From positions 26,338 to 90,337 of the forward strand of contig JANOFO010000007.1 in assembly GCA_031413715.1 (NCBI GenBank): DNA of 64,000 nt, read 5' to 3'. The stretch's first letter is position 1, and every line of letters begins with the position of its first letter. The notes beneath the pieces were generated by a model. It saw nothing but the letters and a program-made list of their open reading frames with translations, was not told the DNA's origin and searched no databases. Positions 27,522 through 37,377 of the stretch are shown piece after piece. A program made the translations under genes and the position numbers. The stretch comes from Minisyncoccota bacterium (GTDB taxonomy: Bacteria; Patescibacteriota; Minisyncoccia; Phycocordibacterales; UBA9973).

Positions 27522-28571
27522 CTAACTAATCAATGAAACGATAACTCCAATGATAGCTGTAATAACTGACACAATCCAATAACGCATTGTCACTTTGTAT
27601 TTCGGCCAGCCCAATGCTTCAAAATGATGGTGTAGCGGAGCAAAGAGAAAAACTTTCTTGCCGTTACGATAGCGCCTGCTGCCCATCTGAATAATGCTTG
27701 AAAGTGATGTTATGAAAAGTGGAAATGCGATTATGGGTAAAAGCAATACGGTATTGGTCATAAATGCCACGACTGCAAGCGTTACGGTGAGTCCTATCAT
27801 TCCAGTTTCTCCCATGTAAAAACGAGCGGGTGGAATATTGAACCACAAAAAAGCCAGAGTAGCACCAGTAATAACAGCACAGAAGGCAGCTAGGTCTATT
27901 TGATTATTAAAGAAGGCTATAAGAGTATATGCTCCGAATATCGATGAGAGAACCCCACCAGAGAGCCCATCCACACCATCAATGATACTTGTTGACCAAA
28001 TACCAAGCATAAGCAAAATGAAGAATGGAATAAATATATACCCAAGATCTACAAGCCCGAGCCATGGGATATATATTCCCGATATTCCCAACTTCACAAA
28101 GAACCACCATCCGATGATCAGTCCGAGTCCAATAATAATGCTAATTTTCAGATACCGCAGTTTAATCGGATCGCTTGTCCACTTGCTACTCCCAAAAATT
28201 TGAAGAAGATCATCCCATAACCCTATCAACGATGCCATAATCAAAGTAAATAATGGCAGAAGAGTTTGATTGCGACTAATGAAATAGAGTTTGTTTGTCA
28301 ATTCGTTATGCATAAGAAAATCAACAAACCCAAATATGAAAATAGTAATGATAACCGATACCCAGATAATCATACCACCAGTACGAGGTGTAGATAGCTC
28401 GGCAGTTTCGTCGTGAATTTTATGAAAATCACTGACAGGCACATTCTCTTTGCGAGAAACTTTTCGCCACATTTTATATTTGAAAAAGTAATGGGTAGCT
28501 ACAGGCGTCAAGAGTATCCCGATGACAAAACTGACGGCTGCAGGCAAAAGAATTTTTATCGCATTACTCAT
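27522..28571 (-). CDS. mraY: phospho-N-acetylmuramoyl-pentapeptide transferase
   Basis: Polytopic membrane protein with the IDGVDGLSGG motif. Confidence 0.85.
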   Translation of the reverse strand: MSNAIKILLPAAVSFVIGILLTPVATHYFFKYKMWRKVSRKENVPVSDFHKIHDETAELSTPRTGGMIIWVSVIITIFIFGFVDFLMHNELTNKLYFISRNQTLLPLFTLIMASLIGLWDDLLQIFGSSKWTSDPIKLRYLKISIIIGLGLIIGWWFFVKLGISGIYIPWLGLVDLGYIFIPFFILLMLGIWSTSIIDGVDGLSGGVLSSIFGAYTLIAFFNNQIDLAAFCAVITGATLAFLWFNIPPARFYMGETGMIGLTVTLAVVAFMTNTVLLLPIIAFPLFITSLSSIIQMGSRRYRNGKKVFLFAPLHHHFEALGWPKYKVTMRYWIVSVITAIIGVIVSLIS

Positions 28572-29124
28572 CGTTTTTGTTTCCTATTATAACTGCTTCG
28601 AGCTGGCTTCGGACTGTCTCATAATTAGGCAATTTTTCTATCGATGCCACTCCCATATACGAGAGCGCATCAAATGTCGGCTTATAAAGAAGCCTGCGAT
28701 TGTCTCTCTCATCCGTTGTTTTTTCAATCAATCCCCGAACAAGTAAATTACGAAGAATAAAACTTGAATTAACTCCACGAATATAGTCTATCTCGTGGCG
28801 AGTAATACCTGCGCTCTCTTTTGCTGAAGAGCTCTTGTATAAAACAATGGAGAGAGTTTCGAGAGAAGCTTTGGAGAGCTCTTTGGTGATCTCATCTTTG
28901 CGAATGGACTCAATAATCGAAGAAAGTTCCGGAGTGATGCCTAGCGCGACAGAGTCATCTTTTCTTACAAGAATAATCCCGCGATTCTTGAGCGATTGTT
29001 CGAGCATGTTGAGTGCCTCGTCAATTTCTTCTGGGCTGACGCGTAAAAGTTTAGCTAGGTCCCAGACTGACATATCCTCGCCTTTATAGAAAAGTAGCCC
29101 TTCAATTTTTGATTCTAATTCCAT
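28564..29124 (-). CDS. scpB: segregation and condensation protein B
   Basis: Tandem winged-helix ScpB family (IEGLLFYKGE...). Confidence 0.8.
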   Translation of the reverse strand: MELESKIEGLLFYKGEDMSVWDLAKLLRVSPEEIDEALNMLEQSLKNRGIILVRKDDSVALGITPELSSIIESIRKDEITKELSKASLETLSIVLYKSSSAKESAGITRHEIDYIRGVNSSFILRNLLVRGLIEKTTDERDNRRLLYKPTFDALSYMGVASIEKLPNYETVRSQLEAVIIGNKNDE

Positions 29125-29138
29125 TTTTTGATTAGTTT

Positions 29139-29927
29139 CTAGTTGCTAGTTTGTAGGTTCTGGTCACTAGAAGCTAGAACCTCTTTACTAATTGTAATAT
29201 CTTCAAACGAATTATTCTGAACGACATCAATGATGCCCTCACGTACCAATTCTAGCATGGCAAGAAATGAAACGATAATATGGACTTTGGCTTCTTGTTC
29301 ATCTTCTGCCCCATGACTCTTGGCAAAGTCACGAAAGGAAAAATTGATAGCGCTTTGTATGCGATTAGTCAGGCTATTGATGATAGCTTCAATATTGATG
29401 ACTTTCCTAACCTCTACTACTCCTAGTTTTTCTTCTTTTTTAGGAACACTTTCTAGCACATTCAAGATAGATTGCGACATTATTTCTATAGTAATGGATT
29501 GATCAGGCGAAAAGAGAGGTTCGCTCCAAGTACGTTCAAGTGGACTAAAGATTATCTTCACGCCAAAATTATTTTTAACGTCAATACTGGCATTCTTTAT
29601 AATCTGATAGAGTTTTAATCGTGCTTCAAGGTTTACGATTTTACTTTCTTCATCTTCTGTCAAAACAAGATTCGGCAAAAGTGAACGAGATTTGATGAGT
29701 ATCAAAGTTGCAGCAATCAAAATAAAGTACGATACATCGGCGATGCGTTTGTCATCAGGCATGTCAGAAAGAGATTTGATATAAGAAATATAATCCTCTG
29801 TCACTTGCGCAAGTGAGATTTCATTTACAAAAAGCTTTCGGCTCTCTATGAGCGACAGCAGTAAATCAAGCGGCCCTTCAAATGTCCCAGCGCGGACTTT
29901 GTATATATTTGTTGTAATTTCTTCCAT
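29139..29927 (-). CDS. scpA: segregation and condensation protein A (kleisin)
   Basis: FEGPLDLLLSLIESRKL N-terminal ScpA motif. Confidence 0.8.
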   Translation of the reverse strand: MEEITTNIYKVRAGTFEGPLDLLLSLIESRKLFVNEISLAQVTEDYISYIKSLSDMPDDKRIADVSYFILIAATLILIKSRSLLPNLVLTEDEESKIVNLEARLKLYQIIKNASIDVKNNFGVKIIFSPLERTWSEPLFSPDQSITIEIMSQSILNVLESVPKKEEKLGVVEVRKVINIEAIINSLTNRIQSAINFSFRDFAKSHGAEDEQEAKVHIIVSFLAMLELVREGIIDVVQNNSFEDITISKEVLASSDQNLQTSN

Positions 29928-30347
29928 TTATATATTACTAGCTACAGTCTGTGCTATGTCAAGCATTTCTTTTTCGGAGAATTTCTGAAAAAAGCCTGGG
30001 GTTATAAAATCACCATGTCCGTCATTTTTATATCGTGGAATAAGCTGTACATGGGCATGGTGTACTTCATCACCGACTTGTGCTCCAATTACAAAATCCG
30101 TCTTAAAAGCTTTTTTTGTGGCGACTACGATTTTTTGTACAATTTCAAAATATTGACCGATATCAGGAGAATCCCAGACCCATCTGTAATGTTTTTTTGA
30201 TATCACCAGACTATGACCTTTTGTAAAAGGAAAAATGCTAAGGATCACGATATAATTCTCATCCTCCCAGATTTTATATGAAGGTGCTTCACCTCTTACT
30301 ATTTTACAAAAAATACAATCTTCCATATCATTTTTAATATCCATCAC
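29928..30347 (-). CDS. HIT-family hydrolase
   Basis: CIFCKI... and the histidine triad HHAHVQLIP. Confidence 0.85.
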   Translation of the reverse strand: MMDIKNDMEDCIFCKIVRGEAPSYKIWEDENYIVILSIFPFTKGHSLVISKKHYRWVWDSPDIGQYFEIVQKIVVATKKAFKTDFVIGAQVGDEVHHAHVQLIPRYKNDGHGDFITPGFFQKFSEKEMLDIAQTVASNI

Positions 30348-31683
30348 TATTTAATTTTTCATCAATACGGTTCATATCTCGCGGGAACATACATGCTTCA
30401 CGAATATTCTTTAACCCCAATAATTGCATGGTAATACGTTCAGCTCCAAAGGCAAAACCTCCTTCTGGCGGAACTCCGTATTTAAAAGCTTCAAGAAACA
30501 TCTTAACTTTGTTCGGATCCATATTCCAAATTTTCACATGCTCTTCTAGTTGCTTGTAGTCATTGATTCTACGTCCACCAGAAAGCCACTCTACTCCGCG
30601 ACAGATTAGATCCATCCCTTCATTGAATTCTGGTTTTTCAGGATTTGGATAGACATAAAAAGGTTTTTGCCTTGTTGGGTAGCCATAAATAAACACAAAG
30701 TCAGATCCAGTTTCTTCTTTTACGATTTCGCAAATTTCTCTTTCATCTTGAGGATTAGTATCTTTGTCACCTCGAACGTCTCTTCCAAATTTCTGGAATA
30801 TCTTTTCTTGAACTTCAGAGAGAGAATATGTCGGTGTCTTATCTATCATAACTGGTAAAGTTGCATCGAGGATTCTTAAATGATCTCCATTCTTAAGTTC
30901 TACTTGCTTTAGAATATGTCTGACAGTATTTTCTGCCATATCACGAATATCAGTCCATGAATCTATAAATGCCATCTCAGCATCAAGCGACACTATCTCT
31001 GTCAGATGTCTAGTCGTTGATGAAGGTTCTGCGCGGAAAACTTTATTGACCGAAAAACATCGCTCAAAAGCAGACATGACAATTTGCTTGTAAAGTTGCG
31101 GTGATTGTGTCAGATATGCTTTTTTCTCAAAATAGCTTACTTGGAAGACCTCCGCTCCGCCTTCAGCAGTTGCTGGAGTGATTGAAGGTGCTTGAAATTC
31201 GAAGAACATGTTCTGCTTCATGAATTCCCTAAACGAGTCAATAATTGTTTCTTGTACTTTGAAGATTGCTTGAACCCTTGGTTGTCTCAAAACGAGCGCA
31301 CGATTGTCCAACTCTGCTGTTAATTCCAAGTTATATCCATCAAAAGACATATCGAACGGAAGCGGAGCGGCTTGCGCTAAAATATCAACCTTTGTTATTT
31401 CTATTTCTATATCTCCATTCTGCACTCCTTCCTTTATGTTTTTTTCAGGTCTCTTATTGACAATACCCGTGAGTTTAAGCACCCACTCGATACGAACTTC
31501 TTTAACTTGCTCCATCGCATCTGTATGATTAGGCAAAACAACGCACTGAACTTTGCCTGTCATATCGCGCATATCCATGAATACTAGTTTGCCTTGGTCG
31601 CGACGGACATCCACCCAGCCTGCAATTCTGACTTCTTGCCCTACACGTGCTGTTAAATTTTTTATATATATTCTATCTTTCAT
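30334..31683 (-). CDS. aspS: aspartate--tRNA ligase, archaeal/eukaryal-type short form (probably non-discriminating); AsnRS not fully excluded
   Basis: N-terminal OB anticodon-binding fold plus class-II core (FRAE...TRHLTEIVSLDAEMAF, GFAFGAERITMQLLGLKNIREACMFPRDMNRI). The 449-aa length and PRD-R motif resemble type-2 AspRS. gatB is present in the window. Confidence 0.7.
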   Translation of the reverse strand: MKDRIYIKNLTARVGQEVRIAGWVDVRRDQGKLVFMDMRDMTGKVQCVVLPNHTDAMEQVKEVRIEWVLKLTGIVNKRPEKNIKEGVQNGDIEIEITKVDILAQAAPLPFDMSFDGYNLELTAELDNRALVLRQPRVQAIFKVQETIIDSFREFMKQNMFFEFQAPSITPATAEGGAEVFQVSYFEKKAYLTQSPQLYKQIVMSAFERCFSVNKVFRAEPSSTTRHLTEIVSLDAEMAFIDSWTDIRDMAENTVRHILKQVELKNGDHLRILDATLPVMIDKTPTYSLSEVQEKIFQKFGRDVRGDKDTNPQDEREICEIVKEETGSDFVFIYGYPTRQKPFYVYPNPEKPEFNEGMDLICRGVEWLSGGRRINDYKQLEEHVKIWNMDPNKVKMFLEAFKYGVPPEGGFAFGAERITMQLLGLKNIREACMFPRDMNRIDEKLNSDGY

Positions 31684-31733
31684 AATTTAATAGTTTAGAG
31701 AAAATAATATCATTATATTAGAGAAAAGAAAAG

Positions 31734-32006
31734 CTAGTGTATATTTTCCGTAATTACAAACTCATAAGGTGCAGAAACAATAAAGGTGATGCCGACCAGA
31801 AGCCAATAGATGGGAGTAAAAGCATAATAAACGATTTGATCTACTTTTTTCATATGGAAATACCATTTTTGTACGGCTGTATTGAGTGTATTGATCGGTA
31901 TGTATATTATCCCAAGCACAACAGTAAGAATAATACGGACGAATTTAACCGTCTTTATGAGAATGAAAGCAACGACGATAATTATAATCCAAGTTAATAG
32001 ACTCAT
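31734..32006 (-). CDS. hypothetical small membrane protein (3 TM)
   Basis: 90 aa, hydrophobic, no recognisable domain. Confidence 0.4.
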   Translation of the reverse strand: MSLLTWIIIIVVAFILIKTVKFVRIILTVVLGIIYIPINTLNTAVQKWYFHMKKVDQIVYYAFTPIYWLLVGITFIVSAPYEFVITENIH

Positions 32007-32012
32007 AAAAAA

Positions 32013-32983
32013 CTATACAGTTACTCCTATATTGGTACGGACTATTTTCATTTTAGCTTCAGCGATTTTTTGTATTTTCTCGCCACCAGTTTTTAGTATA
32101 GTACGGACTTTATCTAGATCCTTCGCGTATATATCTCTCCTTTCGCGCATAGGTTTAATCAGAGTCAGAATTTCATCAAGTAACATTTCTTTTGACTCCT
32201 TATAGCCAATTCCGCCATTTGTGTATTTAGCACGCAGGACGTCAAGTTTTTCATTGTCTAAGAATAATTTATGTAATGCAAATATATTACAGGTATCTGG
32301 ATCTTTTGGTTCTTCTGGAGTTTTAGAATCAGTGACTATGCTCATGACGGCTTTTTTAATTTCTGCGTCAGTTCCAAATAATGGAATTGTATTACCATAA
32401 CTTTTTGACATCTTGCGACCATCAGTGCCTGGAACAACTGCTACATTTTCTAAAATCATTGGTTCAGGAAGTTTAAAAGTCTCGCCAAAAATATTATTGA
32501 ACTTTTGCGCCGTATCACGAGCATATTCTACATGTTGTTTTTGATCTTGTCCGACAGGCACTATATCTGGGTCCTGTATCAGAATATCAGAGGCCATAAG
32601 AATCGGATAATCAAAAAGTCCGACTGTAACTTCTTTTGCTTTCATGTGTGCATCTTTGTAAGAAGTAGCTCGCTCAAGATACGGCATTGTCGTAATGCAA
32701 TTAAAATACCAAGTAAGTTCCGTCACTTCTGGAATATCGGATTGCTTAAAGAGAATGACTTTCTCGGGATCAAGTCCACAAGCAATATAATCTAGGGCTA
32801 CATTGAGAATGCTTTCAGATAACTTCTCCTTGTTCTGGACTGTTGTAACAGCATGTAGATCGGCTATAAATATCCTAGCATCGTAATTATTCTGGAGTTC
32901 AACAAATTGGCGTATGGCCCCGAAGTAATTACCAATATGCATAGTGCCCGATGGTTGGATGCCGGAAAGTAAGACCTTTTTCA
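32013..32983 (-). CDS. trpS: tryptophan--tRNA ligase
   Basis: HIGH-type motif (PSGTMHIGNY) and KMSKS. Start placed at MKKVLLSG, where a TATTAT box sits 8 nt upstream. Confidence 0.85.
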
Positions 32984-33099
32984 TATAGTGCCATAATACC
33001 AAAAAAAGCCTAGTTTTGCACCTTTTCTCCCCATAGTTTTCCCAAAATTATGAATTTTGTAGGATTTATGGTTTTTTAGTTTGTGTTACAATAGGCCAT

Positions 33100-34503
33100 A
33101 TGCAAGAGATATCTAGAACTAAACAAAAATCCAATCTAAGAATACCGCCTCAAAGCGTGGACTCTGAAAAGGCAGTCCTTGGGTCTATCATGCTTCGCCC
33201 AGGAGCAATACATGAAATCAATGATATTATTAGCATCGATTCTTTCTACGCATCAAAGCACTCTCAAATTTATAAAATAATGCTCGAGCTCTCAAGTAAA
33301 GGTGAGCCGATCGATATACTTTCCGTGTCACATAAATTAACCGAGAAAGGATTGCTCGATCAGGTAGGTGGAGCAAGTTACTTGAGTGAACTTACAAATG
33401 CAGTACCTTCTTCAACAAACATAAAGCACTATACAGATATAGTGGCTAAAAAAAATATTCTCCGTAAAATTATCGAAGCGGGAGTAGATATTTCTGAGCT
33501 TGGTTTTCGTGAAGACGTAGAAGATGTTTTTGATATACTTGATCAAGCTGAGAAACGTATGATGGGTATCAATAGCGGCGTAGGTTCTCATACATTTACC
33601 CCACTTAAAGATAGCCTACCTGAAGCATGGGAGCGTCTAGAGAGACTTCATGAAAGCAAAGGCGAGCTTAGAGGAGTACCGACAGGATTTCACGACCTTG
33701 ATCAATATCTATCAGGCTTGCAAAAATCAGACCTAATCATTATTGCTGCGAGACCTTCTATGGGTAAGACAACACTTGCTCTTGATATTGCCAGGCAAGC
33801 TGCGCTAAATCATGGGACACCAACCGTAATATTTTCTCTTGAAATGAGTACACAACAACTTGTAGATCGAATGCTTGCTGCTCAATCTCGCGTTAACGCA
33901 TGGAATCTACGTACAGGAAATCTATCTGCTGAAAACGAGTTTTCAAAGATCCGTGATTCACTCGATAAGCTTTCTCGTGCGCCAATATTCGTCGATGATA
34001 TGGCCGGTAACTCCATCGTGCGTATGCGCTCAGTATGCCGTCGTATTCGTGCCGAGCATGGGATTGGTATGATCATTGTAGACTATTTACAACTCATGTC
34101 TACATCTAAGAATTACGACAGCATGGTGAACCAAGTGACAGAAATATCTCGCTCATTGAAAGCTCTTGCTAAAGAGTTTGATGTGCCGGTCGTTGCGCTT
34201 TCACAGCTCTCCCGTGCCGTTGAATCCCGAGGTGGCAGGCCTCGCTTATCTGATTTGCGAGATTCTGGATCTATCGAACAGGATGCTGATGTCGTTATGT
34301 TCCTTCATCGCGAAGACAAAGGCAAGGATGAATCAGAGCGTACTGATATAGTGGAGATATTGATAGAAAAGCATCGTAATGGACCAGTCGGAAAAGTCGA
34401 GCTATACTTTGACCAGAAATTAACAACATTTATGAATATGCAGAAAAGCAACCTCAATGATTTTGCCCCATCACGCGAGATTGGCGGCGTGGATCAATTC
34501 TAG
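33100..34503 (+). CDS. dnaB: replicative DNA helicase
   Basis: N-terminal DnaB domain (PPQSVDSEKAVLGSIM) and RecA-like C-domain with Walker A ARPSMGKT. Confidence 0.9.
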   Translation: MQEISRTKQKSNLRIPPQSVDSEKAVLGSIMLRPGAIHEINDIISIDSFYASKHSQIYKIMLELSSKGEPIDILSVSHKLTEKGLLDQVGGASYLSELTNAVPSSTNIKHYTDIVAKKNILRKIIEAGVDISELGFREDVEDVFDILDQAEKRMMGINSGVGSHTFTPLKDSLPEAWERLERLHESKGELRGVPTGFHDLDQYLSGLQKSDLIIIAARPSMGKTTLALDIARQAALNHGTPTVIFSLEMSTQQLVDRMLAAQSRVNAWNLRTGNLSAENEFSKIRDSLDKLSRAPIFVDDMAGNSIVRMRSVCRRIRAEHGIGMIIVDYLQLMSTSKNYDSMVNQVTEISRSLKALAKEFDVPVVALSQLSRAVESRGGRPRLSDLRDSGSIEQDADVVMFLHREDKGKDESERTDIVEILIEKHRNGPVGKVELYFDQKLTTFMNMQKSNLNDFAPSREIGGVDQF

Positions 34504-34504
34504 T

Positions 34505-35119
34505 ATGAATACTATTGAGGAGCTCGCAAAATATTTTAAAGAATTTCCTGGTATTGGTGAGCGTCAAGCAAAGCGTTTTGTTTATTTTCTACTGCATAAG
34601 AATCCAAACTACGTAAAAGAGCTAGGTGATAAAATTTTGACTCTGAAAAATTCTATCAAGCAGTGTCCCTCTTGTTTTTTATTTTTCCAAAGTGTTGGTG
34701 CTAACCTTTGCGATACTTGCATTAACTTAAAAACCGATAGAACTTCCCTTCTGATTATTGAAAAAGATGCTGACTATGAGAGTATCAAGAGAAGTAAAAC
34801 ATATGATGGTATGTATTTTATACTTGGTGGCCTTGTGCCGATTGTCACAAAAGATACATCGAGCTTTATACGAATAAAGGAACTTCTAAAAACTGTCGAA
34901 GGGAGAAGTAAAAAAGACGAATTGAAGGAAGTCGTTATCGCGCTATCACTCAACCCTCAAGGTGAACACACTGATATATATCTGCGAGAAATTCTTGCAC
35001 CATTTCAAAAGACCTATAACTTTACTATCGTCTCTCTCGGCCGAGGGCTTTCTACTGGTACTGAGCTTGAATACTCGGATAGCGAGACAATAAAGAATGC
35101 ACTGAGAAATCGGTCATAA
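34505..35119 (+). CDS. recR: recombination protein RecR
   Basis: HhH (FPGIGERQAKRF), C4 zinc finger (CPSC...CDTC), and Toprim domain. Start at MNTIEEL immediately after the dnaB stop. Confidence 0.85.
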   Translation: MNTIEELAKYFKEFPGIGERQAKRFVYFLLHKNPNYVKELGDKILTLKNSIKQCPSCFLFFQSVGANLCDTCINLKTDRTSLLIIEKDADYESIKRSKTYDGMYFILGGLVPIVTKDTSSFIRIKELLKTVEGRSKKDELKEVVIALSLNPQGEHTDIYLREILAPFQKTYNFTIVSLGRGLSTGTELEYSDSETIKNALRNRS

Positions 35120-35183
35120 AAAGAAATAGCCACAATGACATTTTATAATCAATTATGGCTATTCTTTTTAATATCTTCAGTTT

Positions 35184-35498
35184 TTAGACTGCAATATTCA
35201 TTTGGCGTAGTTTTATGACCAAACCTTTGGCTGCTGCTTCTTTCATTTTCTTACTGTCTTTTTGGTTTGAAACCACCGAAAAATAAATTACATCTGCTTT
35301 GACTTGCCCTGGTGGGGCAACAAAGACTTGTGCTTCTATCAAAAAGTTTGTAACCCATCCATGGCCAGATACATGGCCTTTTGGATTGGTTATTACGAAG
35401 GTAAAATTTTCTCCGAATTTCTTTTGTAGAAGATCTTTAAAGCTTTGCTGAGCATCTGATTGTTTTTTCAGATATGCTGTCGTTTTTTTACGTTTCAT
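35184..35498 (-). CDS. hypothetical protein (104 aa)
   Basis: ORF trimmed to MKRKKTTAYL. The upstream 51 codons look like AT-rich read-through. No recognisable domain. Confidence 0.35.
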   Translation of the reverse strand: MKRKKTTAYLKKQSDAQQSFKDLLQKKFGENFTFVITNPKGHVSGHGWVTNFLIEAQVFVAPPGQVKADVIYFSVVSNQKDSKKMKEAAAKGLVIKLRQMNIAV

Positions 35499-35598
35499 AA
35501 TAAGAAATTTTTGTTTACAATTTATTTTCAAAATAAAGTTAACATTAAATCCTGAAAATGTCAACATGCAATTAGGGTGGGAATTCACTTTCAAATAA

Positions 35599-35626
35599 TT
35601 GACTTTTTTGCTATGCATGTTATTAT
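35599..35626 (+). promoter_or_regulatory. near-consensus sigma70 promoter TTGACT-N16-TATTAT
   Basis: Read directly, ~40 nt upstream of the 35666 ORF. Confidence 0.55.
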
Positions 35627-35665
35627 ATCTGCGACAGCGTATTTTTAACAAAAAAAACCAATCAT

Positions 35666-35980
35666 ATGCAAAATGTTCTTGTTATATTTTCGAGTTCATC
35701 GGCCGTTTCATCTCTTAATTTGATCACCAAATTAATGCAGGAAATCAGCCCGACCACTCAAATAGTAGGTGTTACAGAGAAAGACATCCTGACAAAAGAA
35801 AAGATTGAAGAGCAAGATGTTATAGTCTGTTTTACTTCAAGTTTAGCATCACTCCAAACAATGGAGAATTTTGCTAAAGCAATAAAAACTAATCATCAAA
35901 AAGTTATCACTGCTGGGATGAGGAAAGGGGTTGATTTGGAACTCCCCATTACAAAAGAAAAATTATTTAGCGCATTATGA
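35666..35980 (+). CDS. hypothetical protein (104 aa)
   Basis: No recognisable domain. Strong promoter upstream and a terminator downstream. Confidence 0.45.
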   Translation: MQNVLVIFSSSSAVSSLNLITKLMQEISPTTQIVGVTEKDILTKEKIEEQDVIVCFTSSLASLQTMENFAKAIKTNHQKVITAGMRKGVDLELPITKEKLFSAL

Positions 35981-36000
35981 TACAATAATGCCATAAACAA

Positions 36001-36030
36001 AAAGCCATCCAGTTCAATTTGGATGGCTTT
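36001..36030. terminator. bidirectional intrinsic terminator (AAAGCCATCCA-gttcaatt-TGGATGGCTTT) flanked by A/T runs
   Basis: Serves the 35666 ORF on the plus strand and rplU on the minus strand. Confidence 0.75.
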
Positions 36031-36393
36031 TTATTTTATAGCTGAGATTTTGACTTCTATGAATGGCTGACGATGGCCATTACGCTTGAGATAACGGCTC
36101 TTTTGCTTAAATTTGACGACTTTGACTGTTTTACCTCGGCCATGTCGCTGAAAAAGAGATTCAACTTTCGCAGAAGTTATGTATGGAGAGCCAATGGTAG
36201 TGTCCGAGCCATCGTCCACAAGAAGTACTTTGTCAAAGACGATCTTGTCTCCTATTGCAAATTTACCGTCCAGTTTTTCCACCTTCAATACATCCCCGAC
36301 AGCAACCTTATATTGCTTGCCTCCTGTTTCAATTACAGCAAATTCTGTACTTGCTGGCTTTACCTTTTTAGTTGTAGTTTTTGCTGTAGCCAT
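36031..36393 (-). CDS. rplU: 50S ribosomal protein L21 (with ~17-aa N-terminal extension)
   Basis: FAVIETGGKQYKVAVGDVLKVEKL matches the L21 core. No rpmA adjacent. Confidence 0.8.
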   Translation of the reverse strand: MATAKTTTKKVKPASTEFAVIETGGKQYKVAVGDVLKVEKLDGKFAIGDKIVFDKVLLVDDGSDTTIGSPYITSAKVESLFQRHGRGKTVKVVKFKQKSRYLKRNGHRQPFIEVKISAIK

Positions 36394-36469
36394 ATAGATG
36401 GATTTCCACAGCCCATATAATACACAAAAGTTTCAAAATATGCAAGTGGAGTGCTATACTTAACTAATA

Positions 36470-37377
36470 TGATATCTAAATATACCTATAAGGGTTTAAC
36501 CTGGGTTGACCTTGAATCTCCAACAGAGGAAGAGCTCGTGCATGTTATGGAAGAGTATGCGATACCAGTCCTGGTGGGCGAAGAAATGCATACAAAAAGC
36601 TTCCAGTCTAAAATTGATATCTATCCCACATTTATATATCTTATTCTGAACTTTCCTCAACTTTCACATAAAGGTACACGAAGCATGGAACAAGAGATAG
36701 ATTTTGTCGTCGGCACTAACTTCATCATTACAACTCACTACGAATTCATTGACTCACTCCATGAATTCTCAAAAACATTTGAAGTAGATGCTATACTCGA
36801 AAAGCGGATGGATATAGATCATGCAGGTTTTTTATTCTTTCATTTGATCAAAGCCCTCTATCTTCACTCTCGTTACCAACTCAATGATATCAATTTACTG
36901 CTCAAAGATGCAGAGCGGAAAATATTTGAAGGTAATGAGAGCGGAATGGTTGCGACAATATCAGAAATTAATCGTACACTCCTTGATTTTCGCCAAGCGC
37001 TCCGGTTTCACAAAGAAGTATTGAATTCTTTTGAAATAGGAGCAAAGCAGTTCTACGGGGAAAACTTTAGTTTTTATGTTTCATCCATTATCAGTGAATA
37101 TAACAAGACACAAGCAATCCTTGATAGCCATAAAGAAATACTCGATGATCTGCGTGACACCAATGACTCCTTGCTTGCAAGTAAAAGTACTCAGACTATT
37201 ACAATTCTGACTTTGATTACTTTTCTAACTTCTCCGATTATTCTTATATCTAGTATTTTTGTAATGGATACTAGTTTCATTAAAGAACGGCCAACTGAAT
37301 TTTATTCTATAATTGGGGTCATGGTACTGATAAGCGTTGTGGCATTTATCTATTCTAAATACAAGAAATGGCTTTAA
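36470..37377 (+). CDS. CorA-like divalent cation transporter family protein
   Basis: Large N-terminal soluble domain plus two C-terminal TM helices. No canonical GMN motif, so the function is uncertain. The track start at 36451/GTG is an alternative. The ATG at 36470 has a TATACT box 8 nt upstream. Confidence 0.45.
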
